From Camelus ferus (taxonomy: Eukaryota), in contig NC_045697.1 in NCBI RefSeq assembly GCF_009834535.1, positions 40,860,001-40,924,000 on the forward strand: 64,000 nucleotides of DNA, in the 5' to 3' direction. The position numbers were made by a program, and so were the translations under genes. The notes below the pieces were generated by a model, which did no database searches, was not told the DNA's origin, and saw nothing but the letters and a program-made list of their open reading frames with translations. Below are positions 1 through 12,272 of the stretch, one piece after another (the first letter of the stretch is position 1; the number at the start of each line of letters is the position of its first letter).

Positions 1-3000
1 GTCCCCAAGACAAAGCTAAGCATTTATGTTCAATGCAGAAGGTTACTTCCTAAACACAACACCAAACTCCAGAGGTGGAAGGAGAGTTAATTTTTGTTTG
101 TGTATCTTCATGCTGCTTCGGACATGCTAGTTATGACTGGAAACCACAGTGGCGGACCTTACTAACCGCGCATGAAAGTAAGGCTCCCAGTGAGTCAAAC
201 CTCCCCGACTGGTTTTACCTCCGGCTTGTGCTGCTCGGTGACTCAAAAGAACAGCCCAAAACCAAGAATCCCCACACATGAGCTTCCATGCTAGCTTTAA
301 CCACTCTGTTACTGGAAAAACATGCTTTCTATTGACATGCTGATAATAGTCTGTAAGCTGGCAGAAAGTAAGCCATTGAATCAATTAGGCAAAAATCCCC
401 TTTTGTGGCCTGGGCCCGCCTGCCAGAGTTCACGCCCACGGGCCAAGGTTAGTATTCCAGCACACTCTGCCCTTGGAACCCTCTGGACTCCTGTGGGAAC
501 AGTCCCCGAGGAACCCCCAGAGCAGCACTCCGGGGGCGTCTGCCAGCTGGCATGGAAGCAGGCCTGCACTACAACCCTGAGAGGATGGATTTCGGAAAGG
601 GCCGTTAGAGGGAGTCACCCGATTCTGGGTGCAGGAAAACGCAGACGTGAATTCCAAGACTGGAAAACATGAGGCAAGGAGTTCTTAACATTTTTCTGGG
701 TCAGAAGCCATTTGAAAGTGAGACGAGAGTGATGTGCTCTCTTCAAGAGGAGAAAGGAGTCTCCGTTGCCCAGTGGCTTATGCACAGATCAACTCCCATT
801 TCAGGGAACCCCATCTAAGGTCTGGGTCTCAGAAATTCCCTTTTCCGGGACAATGTCTCAAAGGTGCCTCCATCTCCAACAGGAGGCGGCTGCTGACCAC
901 CTGCTCCTGACTGACTTGTTTGCTTTTCTTAACCTGTTGGGTCAGGCAGCCATGGGTTATCTGCCAAATGCCGCTCCACCTACGAGTGGAGCAAAAGGGC
1001 AAGAATGAAGACCATAAAAGGAAGAGCTGGGACAGTCCAGGCCAAGCAGGTTTCTGCAGGGAAAGCCTCCACGGCAGCCTGCTGCCTGCCCAGCCTCTGG
1101 CTCACCAACAAGGTCCTGTAGGTAACACAGGGAATGAAAGCAGCTTTTGAGAACTGACACTCATCTGAGGACACAGTTCTTAATAGGTGGAAAGACAGTC
1201 TACTCAGAGCCTGCCATGACAAGGAGAGATGAGGGGCATCTGGCAGGGAAACTGAAGGTGGGGGGCGGGGGCACATCAGGATCTCAGGAGGGGGGACAGT
1301 GGAGTGATTGAGCCAGAGATGTACAGTGATCTTGAACTATGACCTCGGGCCTTGCTCCAAGAATTCCCCCCACCTCCACTCCTGCCAACAGACACTTGTG
1401 CATCCCCCCACCCCCCAACAAAAGGTGTGAAAGAGGGAAGATCACCAGACAGAGAGGAGTCAGCATACCGAGCTCCAGACCCTCTTTCGCCAAGTGATGT
1501 GGGAGTCTTTCTGGATCTCAGGTATGGAAGGCAGCAGCTGAACAAGAAATGCGTGAGGTTTCAGTACTGCAATTCTAAACTCCACTGTCCACCCCCACAG
1601 GGAAGCAGACTAGCTTGACAGCATGGGGAGCACAGCAAATGTGGAGAAGCAGCCTTCTGGGAACTTCAGGTACTTTTCCAGGATTTGCCTCTGCAGGTTC
1701 AGTAAGACGACACAGAGGGCACCAAGTCCAAGCTGGCACCAAACGGGGGTAGGACTTACTGAGAGAGGTTACAGTCACTGGGGTAAGTGCCACAGACAAG
1801 GAAAATGAATCCACTTTCCCCCTTCTTTTTGGAGAGGGAATACACGGGCATTAGACTGGTCCTAAACCAGCTCTTCATATGATGCTCTTAGGGTAACTAA
1901 CAGGCATGAAGAAATTAGATGTAAGTGGCTTTTTAAGAAATTATAGGGATGACTTTTCAAACCCTTGATTTTGAAGGATAATAACTGGGCATGTTGATGT
2001 GGAGAATCAACTCAAGGAAAAACAGTCAGATCTTGGATAGAAGGGAAGGTCTAAACCAACCATCAAGCAATAAAAATGCACATTTTCCCACCATATCTCA
2101 TAACTTCCCTCCCCATTCCTCAAAACACACATAAATGATGGCAATGAAATATGTTTCCAAAAGGGTCCAAGCTTCTTGGTCAGTAAAGCAATTATTTAGA
2201 AAAAGGAAAAGACCTGAATGAATGTAACCTCCCAGTCCGTTATTTTTCTGTTAAAGACTGTCTAGCATTTTATTTGAAAGACAACCTATAAAATGACTGG
2301 ATTAAATGAGATTATCTACGAAAGTGCCCCGGGCAACACTGAGCTCACAAGGGGAGCTTGTCGTTTGTTTGCTATGTTAGTAACCTCCCAAATGCACCCC
2401 CCTGACTGTATATTATGTTGTGCATCCCAATGTCAACTTTTCTTTCAAATCTGGAAAACATAAAGTTTAAAATTATATAAAAGAAAATACAGGTTCTATT
2501 TTAAATTCTAAACTGTAATCAGGTTGAAGAAATTCTGTAGTTTACATAAGGATCATGTGAGTTCATGACTATTTACCCTTATAATTTTCTCTACTTTTCC
2601 TCATGAATTGTCCCCTCTCACTCCTTTAAAGTAGTAAAATACACACATACAACAGGCGCCACATTTGATGGCTTTATCACAGCTGTTAATCACCATTAAC
2701 TCTTTGTGATCATCTTCTCACACTTTTGAGTCTAAAATGGCTTCAAGTATCTATTAACCCTCTGAAAATATTTGTAGGATTTTGTCCCAGGAGGAGGATG
2801 GGTCTTTAAACAAAAACACTAAAGCCCACTAATGTGAAGGAGCAGGTACATTATTCAACTGCTCTCACCACATCCTCATGGAGCTTCTCCTAGTGTTCAT
2901 ACTTAATATGAAGGAAATGGACACGTCTTCACTATCCCAATTTGGGGCATTTCTACCCAAACTTCAAAAGAGACCTGGGCTGGCCATGAAGCAGCCACGC

Positions 3001-5254
3001 TCATCAAGGTGCCCTAAGCAAGCGGAGTCAGGGTCCTGACAGGAAAGGCGGGGGCCGCCCCTCGCAGGCAGAGAGGACCTGAGGTTATGATGTTCAACAT
3101 TAATATCACTTGGAATCCAGCAGGAAGTAAAACCAATGATACATGATCCTCTGATCATAAAATTAGTATACAGTTGGCTGACGTTTATATTTATCCAAAA
3201 GTTTCTAAGTAATGTTTCTAACTAGTGACATACAGCAGGCCAGGTTGTCTAGATCCATGATATCTAAATGGAGAGATTTCTTGGTCCAAAGAACTCGCTT
3301 TGTACAATTTTGGCTTGCTAATGAGGTTCTGTTCCAGAGCCTCAGGCAACAGGATTACCTGAGGATTTAGAAAACACTGACGGGAGTGTGGAGTGCGGGG
3401 GGATGGGGAGTGACACATGTCCTGCCACCAGTTCTAAGGGCTCCCCTGGAGACTGGAATGTGCAGCCAGGGTTTGGAGCCACTGGTTCAGACCCTGATGC
3501 CGTCAGTCCCACAGCAGAGAGGCAGGGCCTCTTTCTCTGTGGCCCTCTCTTTCCCAGGGCCAGATTTCTCAGCTGCCTGCCAGAGCTCTAAAGCAAGCAT
3601 GCACTTGCCTAAGACGAGGGGGTCATTATTTCTCCATACTCTCACCAGAAAGATAAATGAGCTGCCCTAGTGGAGCTCAGCCAAGGGCTGGGAACGGCTC
3701 TCAGAGGGCACAGTTCATACACTCAACAGGGACAGCTGAGTTTCCCTTTCTGGAGCTGCAAGCAGAGCTTCTAGATTTGTACTGGAACACGGACTATGCT
3801 GAGAACAGCCTCAGGCAGTCTCCAATTTCCAACATTTCCACCAGGTTAGGAAGCACTTTACAAGTTAATACTTCTCCCCACTCCAGCTGGGGCAGTGGAG
3901 ACTAGGTGATATTATGGCAGCTGGGGGAGAGATGATAAAAGATCTTCCAGGAAGAGGTAAAAGAGTGTATTTCTGAAGTTTTCACAGGTGTATTAGGTGC
4001 AAACACTTTTTTCCTAGCCTGGTCCATCACGATTTTCTCCATAAAGTTTTACACCTCTAACATGCACACATTGTTTTAAAAGTTATTGTGTACGAGAATC
4101 TGCTCACTTCTAGTTGAAACAACGCCGCCAATGAGCACTTATCCCATCCCCACTGGACTTGCCCACTGCAGCTACGGTGGCAACACACACCCTCATGTCT
4201 CATTCAACAAGATTCTGGAAAAACCGCCGCCCTTCGCTATTTGATAAAGTCATGTTATATTTTTAACCCAGTGGAGTAATCAGTTGAATGAGACATGACA
4301 GCAGCCTTCATGATCTTTTTGTCCTTGTTATTCTTAGCTCAACTTCCACAACTGAGTAAGAAGTGTTTTATGTATTTACAAGAGGGTTAAAGTTTTTATT
4401 CCTTCTCAGCAGGAAAGAGTTGGCCCTTCTCATGCTTTCCACACAGAATCTTGGGTAGGTTGGCTTGGGAACGCCGCTGGGGGAAAACACTGACTTATCT
4501 TTCATCACCAAGAAGCAGCAAAACACACAGCAAGAGGGCAATGATTCACAATAAAGGAGATTGTCCAAAATTGTGAGGGCGTTAAATAATACAGGGATCT
4601 TTTCTTTTTTTTTTTTTTTTACTATGTTCATTCCTTAAGTGAGGCTTCCAAAAATTGTGATAAATACTCTATAATGGCTCTAAAACTTTTTCATAATATT
4701 CTGCTTATTAATAAAAAGTCATTAATGGAGGTCACAAACTCTTAAATCTGGTGGTTCAAAACTAATGAAGTGTTAGGTGGCATGAGTTAAAACACAGATG
4801 TAATAACAGTATTAACAAGATCAAACTACAGGTGTAAAATCTGGCGTGCAGCGCTCGTGTCAGTAATCCAGAATACTAATTAACATTTCAGTTCATGTAA
4901 GGTTTTAATTTCTAAGGCAAAACCTAACAGGCCGAGTGGTAAATACCAAATTATCAGAATAGATTAAAATGTACCGTTAAATGCCGCATCATTCTAAAGC
5001 AAGATATCCTTTTCAATGACTGCGTCATCTTTTTCTTCAAACTAGCAAGACCGCTGAAGGAATTTGTCATTTATTAACACGCATCTGCACAGTGGGAGCG
5101 GAGGGGCTCCGGTGTAGGAGAGAAGGCTACATGGAATCCAAAGATTTCCAGCCTCTTCGAAGACAACTCTGGGTTATAATCAAGGCCCAAGACAGCCCCA
5201 AGCCCACAGCAAGTACGTTCCACACCGTGGAGGGAGGTCGGCCCCCACACTCAC

Positions 5255-6169
5255 CTTTCTCTTCTTGGCCAATTTGCTCGGATTGTCTGAGCCTTTCTTC
5301 TCAGAATCCAGTTTCTTCCCTGCAGACGGCGGTTTGTACTCCGGTTTCTTCTGGCGGCCGACCTTCCCAGGGGGCTGGGGTATCCGAGAGAGGAGGTCGA
5401 GGGTGATCTTCACCATCAAGCTTTGCGGGGGCGGAGGGTCCCTGAGCGGGGAGAGCTGCTTGGGGTCTCTCAAAGGCACCAGGGGTTTGTCCTTGCGGCG
5501 GTCCTCCTGCACGACCACGGCCAGGCGGCAGCCACTAGTCCTGGCGCCGGCGCCGCGGGCGGGGCCCTGGCTCTGCGTCACGGGGACGAGGGCAAAGTGC
5601 TCGGGGCTCCTGTCCTCCGCACCGTCCTTCGCGGGCGCCTTCGGGGGGCCCGGGAGGCCGCTCCGGTGCTTCTTCCGCTCGCTCGGGGCGGGCACCGCCG
5701 GCTTGGGCTCGCGGCTCTCTCCGGCGCGGGGCCGCCCTTTCGTCTTCACCTTGGGCTTGTCTTTGGAAGGCTGGTCTTTGGCGCCGTGGGGAGGAAGTCC
5801 GGGCTCGCCCTCCACCTGCAGGCAGGCACGCGTGCCCGCCGGAGCGGAGGCCTTGACCGCTTTTTTGGTTCCCACGGTCTGCCTCTGCGGGGGCTCCTGT
5901 TGGGCGGGGGACTTCTGACAGCTCCTCTTGCCTGCGTGGGGGCCTTCCGACGACGGGGGCCGGGGGGCTTTGCTGGAGCTTCTGGGGGGAGGCTCTTTGG
6001 ATTCCGAGCGCTCGTGGCCCGCGGTGGCACCGTCGCCGCCCTTGGCCTTACCATCCGGGTGCCGGGCCGGGGGCTCGGCGCTGCCCGGAACCTCGGGGGG
6101 CACCGCAGGCTGGCTGACTTTGGTCAGCCAGTTGTCTAGCTGCCATTTGTTTACTGTTGGAGGCTCAGG
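5255..6169 (-). CDS. AFF1: AFF1 large internal exon, 915 nt/305 aa, PEPPTVNKWQLDNWLTK…LMVKITLDLLSRIP…KLAKKRK (NKW motif, ENL/AF9-binding peptide at 5378-5419, basic NLS segment)
   Basis: ttgtttgtag|CCT GAG CCT CCA … AGA AAG|gtgagt; phase 0-0; overlaps ORF 5180..6103. Confidence 0.97.
5300..6110. promoter_or_regulatory. Intragenic CpG-island-like segment coinciding with the large exon
   Basis: Very high GC and dense CpG by eye, against AT-rich, CpG-poor flanking introns. Confidence 0.65.
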
Positions 6170-8914
6170 CTACAAACAAGAAAAAGGAGAAAGGGTTAAC
6201 TGACCAATGACGACACTCTCCATCTGGTTTAGTCACCTGATCCTCTAGGACTGCCGTGAAGATGCAATCATCACCCCCAACCTAAGGATTCAGGTCCTTT
6301 TGATCCTCCCCTAACTACAGGTCAAATTCTATTTAACTCCTCTTCTTTTCCATTTCTGATTTTATTTATTTGGGCCTTCTCTCTGTTTCTTGATTAGACT
6401 AGCTAAAGCTTCATTAATTTTAAAACAACTCTTAAAAAACAATCTTCCAATTTTTTGGTGCCACTGGAGTTTTACTGTAGCAGACACAGTCTAACAATAT
6501 ACCATTAGATACTGACCAATGAAGACCGTTGGCAACTGCCGATAAGTCTGTGTTAACAAATACTCTGTTCCCCTGGTAATTACACTGTAACTTAAACAGA
6601 ACTGACACATTTTGGCTTGTAAACAATCTTATCAGAAAATAATAGGGAAAAGAAGAATGGAAAGAATCCTCTTATCAAGGATTTTCAGAAGTTCAATGAA
6701 TAAATGAAGTCAGTGATTATGGATGAGTTTCATGTTTTTATGCTCTTTTTGACATACTTTTCAACTGAAAATGGCTTTCTTCAAGACTTGATTTCATTTC
6801 TCTTATTTACAAACATTAATACATAACACAGTTTTCAGTGTTTTCACAGACATACTGTATACTGATTTTCAAATTTTATACCTGGGTGATAAAAAGCCAA
6901 AGTGAGGTCACATTAGCAAACCATTAATCCCACTTGAATTCTTTAAAAATCAAACATGAAGTCTCTTGTTACAGGCAATCTGGTCTGAAATAGCACCTAC
7001 TTTCCTAAGAAACACAGAGGCTCCAGAGCACACAAAAGCAATGAGATTATACTGATTATCTGTGCACTCACTTGGCAAGTAAACAAAGTTCCTAACTTCT
7101 CCTGTTAACTGCTGTGGAAATCTTTGTTGCTAACTGACTCTTGATGCATCACAATGTTCTCTCTCCAACTGGGTTATTCAGATCTTATTAAAAGAATGAC
7201 AAGGACACCTTTATCTCCAAATTCCACTCTTATTGCATACAGTGGTATACATGAGGTATTTATTTGGCCATTCCTAGAGGTATATTACTATTCCTATAAA
7301 CGTTATGCTGTTTGAAAAATATTAGTGTCTAATAGAGTAAGCAATGGTTATACTTTTTTTTTTAAAGGGCAGTATACCACTGACATGCTACATGTTTTTC
7401 TTAAGATCCATTTGACAGGTGGCTTTTATAAATGACTAAATCATTTCCATAATGTACAAGAAGTTAACTGAAAGATATTCCACATGGGGCTTAATTGATT
7501 AGATCATGGATATGGAGCTCGCTCTGGTAAGTGGATGGTATTTTATGGAGAAGATTGTTAACAATTTTCCCAAGTCGAATATCCCAATTAAACTCTAAAA
7601 ACATGCAAACTTAATATGTTTAAGATATGTAGATACAGAGTAAAGGCCTTGGGGGCCAGAAAAGGTTAGGTAATAAAATGATCAGGTAGCTAGTTTGAGT
7701 TTAGTGTGATTACAACAAAATAGAACTAAGAGGAACTAGGAAGGACCACACTTTGGCCAGAAAGAGGGGCTGCGGAATTTTTTTTTTTTTTTCTTCCTGC
7801 TCAAGACAACATACATTCTTTATAGCTCTCTTTACTTATATCAACTCTATAAGCATGCTCTCATTTGAATTTCAGAGTAGGGAAAGAAGAAAGAAGCAAA
7901 TTACTCTAACAAAGTCCCAGGCGTTTTTTCACAGGTAATCTGAAACTGTATCCAATATTCTAACAAGACAGGACAATTGTTTACGGCAGAGAGAAGATTA
8001 CCACACAATATCTACCTGTCAGACATTATTTCCTACAGAGACTTGAGGGTGTGGTAATACTAGTGGTTAACTGATTGGGACAAAGGATTGAGATATGTCA
8101 TTTGTCAATCACCTCAGGAGCCAAATCCTTCAAACTTTTCTCAGGAAAGGTATAGCGATCTCTCACCAGGGCTACATTTATGACTGTACTGTGATCACTG
8201 ACACACTTGCTCTATAGAAGAGTATTTATGCGTGAACCAAAAGGGAAGGTCATTCCTGATACAAGTAACATCCGCTTCCCCCCACCCCAAAACAGGGCAG
8301 TGTAAGATATGCTTAGCAGTCCCTGAAGGAATATCCTGGCTACAGAAGTAAAACACATTTTCTTCCAGCGTGGTACTAAAAACGTCTAAAAGGAAGGCGT
8401 ACGGCCCAGTTGCAGGGCCACACTGAGCTGGCGTGCCCAGACAAAGGGAAAGGGTAGGGGCGATCCCTTCTGTGTACCTGCTCTGAAGATGTAAAATGGA
8501 CAGAATTCCTTTAAGGTCAGATATTACTTGGTTGTTGGGATGGGGGAAAGTTTTACATGAGGGATTGATTAAAAATCAATTTTAGGATGAATTTTAAGAG
8601 TGTTAAGTGTTGGACAGAATCAAGGTTTGGACTTTCATTTCTTCCTCAGCCTTTCCTCATGCCCCACCCCAACCTCCCAGTGCTGGATCAACCCAAACAC
8701 TGCACAGGAGAAGTACAAAAATATGTGATTAATTTTCATTGAGCATTTTAATAACTTTGGCCATTATGTCCCTTTATTTCTCCTAACTTCTCAAATTGGC
8801 AAAAGTTTGTGTACTTCATTTTTTTAAATTTTTATTTATGTATTTATTTCATGTCATATAGCTTTATTATTTCTATATGCTTCCTTACGATAGCAACATA
8901 ATACTTAAATTTTA

Positions 8915-9060
8915 GGGGGAGGATGGGGCTCAGTGGTCGAGCCCATGCTTAGCATTCACAAGGTCCTGGGTTCAATCCCCAGTACCTTCATTAAAAGATA
9001 AAATAGATAAACCTAATTACCTCCCCCGCCACAAAATTTAAATAAAATAAAAATAAATAA
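8915..9060 (+). mobile_element. tRNA-derived SINE (camelid Vic-1-like)
   Basis: A-box-like GGCTCAGTGG, B-box-like GGTTCAATCCC, AAAT tract, aacctaattacc and A-rich tail; flanking repeat taaatttta (8906-8914, 9058-9066); similar to the copy at 50761. Confidence 0.88.
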
Positions 9061-9244
9061 ATTTTATTATACCTAGATAGGTATTTATATTACACTGTCA
9101 TTCACTCTATATAATAATTTAAAAGAAGGAGGAGGCATTGCTTCTTAGGTTAAATATAGCTATATCCAACAGGGAACAAGCCCACATAAACATTTTCAAG
9201 TATGTTAAAAGAAAGAAAAATTGAGGGGGGAAAAAAGGTTGTAT

Positions 9245-9323
9245 GGTAGACTGCTTTGGGTAATGTGGCCATTTTAACAACATTAATTCTTCCTATCCAA
9301 GAACATGGGCTATCCTTCCACTT
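9245..9323 (-). mobile_element. Short L1 ORF2 fragment
   Basis: Reverse complement aligns by eye to the L1 at about 54420-54495 (…tggataggaagaattaatgttgttaaaatggccacattacccaaagca…). Confidence 0.8.
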
Positions 9324-11494
9324 CAAGTTTGTGTATTTTAGACTGAATTATGATTTTGAATAAAAAGCTTTTCTAGTCACAACACACATTCTACTTTTTC
9401 AGTAAAAAAATCATAGTTGTGAGGGAATATGAGCCCAAAACTTAAGAGAAAAGACAAAGCTGCTTAGCAGGTAATCAACCACAATAGTTTACTACCAAAG
9501 AACTGGACAATGAAGAGATCAGAAAACTAAGCAGACCCCTGAATAACTGGGAAAATAATCATTTTCCCCTAAACTTCACATTTCTACTGCTTAAGTGCAG
9601 CACTACAAATGTGACGTGGCCCACGTATTCTCAAAAGCTGAGATCCACATTCTGACTCACACTATAAAGCAGAGACTGAAAGTGGCTTTCCCCCAAGTTT
9701 ACCACCAGCCCATTGACACACACACACAACATTTCAGATCTCATAAGATCACAGGGCTTCTTCATCAAATGAATTTAAAATGGAGTCCTAAAGAGCAAAT
9801 TTCTCAGCATTAAAAATAAAAGGGTGAGAAAGTTAAAACTAGTAACTATGGCCTATTATGGAATTCATGTAACTCTCAACTAACACAGATTTACAGTAAT
9901 GCAGGTATTTATTTTAAAAGGAGAGAAACGTTGCTAAATACCTTGGGAGAAAAGTAAATAAAAGTTTAAAATCTGCAAAGACAAAATATTTCTGAGGAAG
10001 CCAGGCTTTGATACATAACATACAAAGCCATACTCAAGTCCAGATTTGCACATCAACACATGTACAAATATGAACCTATTTAGGAAGGTGATTTTAAAAA
10101 GTAAAGTAGAATAGGAACATCTATTTTTCATCTAAGAGCCTCTAAATCTAGTCTGGTAACCTTTTGAGAAACAAGATATATAACTTTCATTACTACAAGT
10201 ACGAGATAAAATTCTTTTCAAGTTTCAATTATTCAACCAAATCTGTGCCATTCCCATTTTATTTGAAAAGAATGTGATGATTTAGTTGGATTCACTTGCT
10301 TATATCAGGAATCAAACACGCATGCAGATCTCTGAGTGAATAAGGTGAGACAGAGAGCACAGATCTGATGAACAGCAACGTGAACAACCACAGCATTTCT
10401 GCAGCACACATTTGGTACCTTGTTCCCTGGGACATAGAAAAATTCCTTCAACAGCAGTTACCATTTTACCAGGAAGCAGTGCCCCCAGAAACTGAGCAGT
10501 TTTTAAAATCTTAAAGGCACTTCAAGTGCAGCTAATGCTGATCTGTTTATTCACTCCACAAAATATTTACTGCGCACTTACTCTGTGCCAGACAGAATTC
10601 ATGAACAACAAAGAAGATGACACTCAGTTATTTCCTCAACCTCCCTTGCCCTGGGACATGGCTCCTCAGTCTCACTTCATCATCTCCAGATGTATTTGGT
10701 TAGTGCTCTAGGGCAGTGGCCTTGCTTTCTAAACAGCAGGACGAACACTGAAAACTTTTAACGCTTTCTTAATCAGAGAACCTCATTTCCTGAGATTCCT
10801 ACCTAAAACATGTAAAATAATTTTCTACATACATGCTAGCTGGGTTCACTAAAAATACCTTCCCTTTTCACTAAGTATCCTTCCCCAGCAAACATTTCAC
10901 ATTGCTACTCTTAAGTTTTGAGGACATTTGGCAACCGTGTTAGTTGTTACTAAATTTCTGGTGTTTAACAATCCAGTAAATAGTATAAATCCTCCAGATA
11001 AATTTAGTGCTTGAGATTTTCAGTCTCATCTGTTTGTCTTCATAGTATCTCCCAAGGGTGGGTGACAGGCAAACACAATTATCCCTGCTTTCATGGGAAG
11101 GAGGGAGCAAGAAACTCAGTGCTGGCAAAACCACTTTGCCATCAATTTAATGCATGGCTTTTAGTGATTCAAAAATAGAACCTCTGAAGGCTTATTTCTA
11201 GTTCACGTTCCTGCCCTTTGCTAAATCAGGCTGTCTCCTTTTGATTTCCTTAATTCACGCATTCCTAAAATTTCAAAAAGACTCCTTATTAATATTAGAA
11301 CAGCAGCCAAATGAAATGAGTTTTCCTCCTCTAAAGAAGGGAAGAGAAAATGGGGTATGCACATTCTTAATGAGATGCTCTTCAAAACAGCTCTAGCAAC
11401 AATGGGAAAGAACCTATCGTCTTAAACAGGAGACAGACGACTTCTCTCCCAAACCTCCATTGCCACACGTCTGGGAAGAAACCAGTAAACAGAC

Positions 11495-11820
11495 ACGGCT
11501 GGCTGCGCATGCGCGTGCGGGGCAGCAGGACCACGCCGCCCGCGGGCCCCACCGCGGCGACTCCAGCCCCGGCCACGGACCGCGCCCCTGAGACCACGGC
11601 CGGGAGGGGACCCGGTACCTCGGGAGCCGGGGCTTCTCGGGGCTCGTTCTCCTCGCTGTCACTTGAGCTGCTCTCGCTCTCCGAGTCCGAGGAGCTGTCT
11701 GAGTCACTGGTGCTCTCTGACTCGGCGCTGCTGGAATGTGCTGAGGCCGCCGCTTCTGGAAGCGACTGTGGAGCGCTGCAAAGCAACCGGGCGAGAGTCA
11801 GGAGGACCCTGCGAGGCGGA
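11495..11820. promoter_or_regulatory. Small intragenic CpG island with NRF1 motif (11504-11515) and GC box (11536-11541)
   Basis: Dense CpG over the 157-nt exon and about 120 nt of the following intron; contains TGCGCATGCGCG and CCGCCC. Confidence 0.55.
11619..11775 (-). CDS. AFF1: AFF1 internal exon, 157 nt, (S)APQSLPEAAASAHSSSAESESTSDSDSSSDSESESSSSDSEENEPREAPAPE (SDE motif)
   Basis: ctttgcag|C GCT CCA CAG … CCC GAG|gtaccg; phase 2-0; lies within ORF 11382..11840. Confidence 0.96.
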
Positions 11821-12069
11821 TTCCCTCCCTCCTTCCTCATTTCCTTCTTTGCCCATTTTTCTGCTACTCGAAAGAAAGGACCTCAAGACTCCCTAACAAA
11901 ACTCAATGACCAGAGCATCCAGTTGAGAGGCCCACAGTGGCTGCAAAATCCGTGAAAACCCTTAAAACGACTCACCACGTAAGCGCATAAAAGAGAAGCC
12001 TGTGGCATTCTGCTCCCAAAGAACATTGGGGTTATATGAAATGTAAGTGAGATGCTGGGTGCTTTAAAT

Positions 12070-12272
12070 TAGGGGTTAGCAAACCATGGCCTGAGCTGGC
12101 TGCCTGCTTTTCTAAATAAAGTTTTATTAGAACACATCCACATGTTATTTTATGTATTCTCTACGGCTGCTTCTATAATACAAAAGCAGAGTCAAGGAGT
12201 TGCAACACAGATATGTGGCCCACAAAGCATAAAATATTTACTTTCTGACCCTTTTAAGTTTGCTGATGCCTG
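12070..12272. mobile_element. MER58A-like hAT-Charlie DNA transposon
   Basis: Degenerate TIRs taggggttagcaaac…gtttgctgatgcctg; internal aaataaagttttattagaacaca and tggcccacaaagcataaaatatttact. Confidence 0.8.

Noticed and set aside
1..5254. Search for the next AFF1 exon (GEAERD…-like) and the short ORFs in this segment
   Set aside because: No matching peptide with splice sites found; treated as intron.
5265..6139. Long antisense and alternative-frame ORFs (217, 238 and 102 aa) over the large exon
   Set aside because: Expected from the extreme GC content (few stop codons); mostly non-ATG starts; no recognisable protein.
8915..8990. tRNA-like sequence (also at 50761-50836)
   Set aside because: Followed by a SINE-specific AT-rich tail and present in several diverged copies, so SINE heads rather than tRNA genes.
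11414..11955. Overlapping ORFs around the 157-nt exon
   Set aside because: GC-rich, low-complexity shadows of the AFF1 exon.
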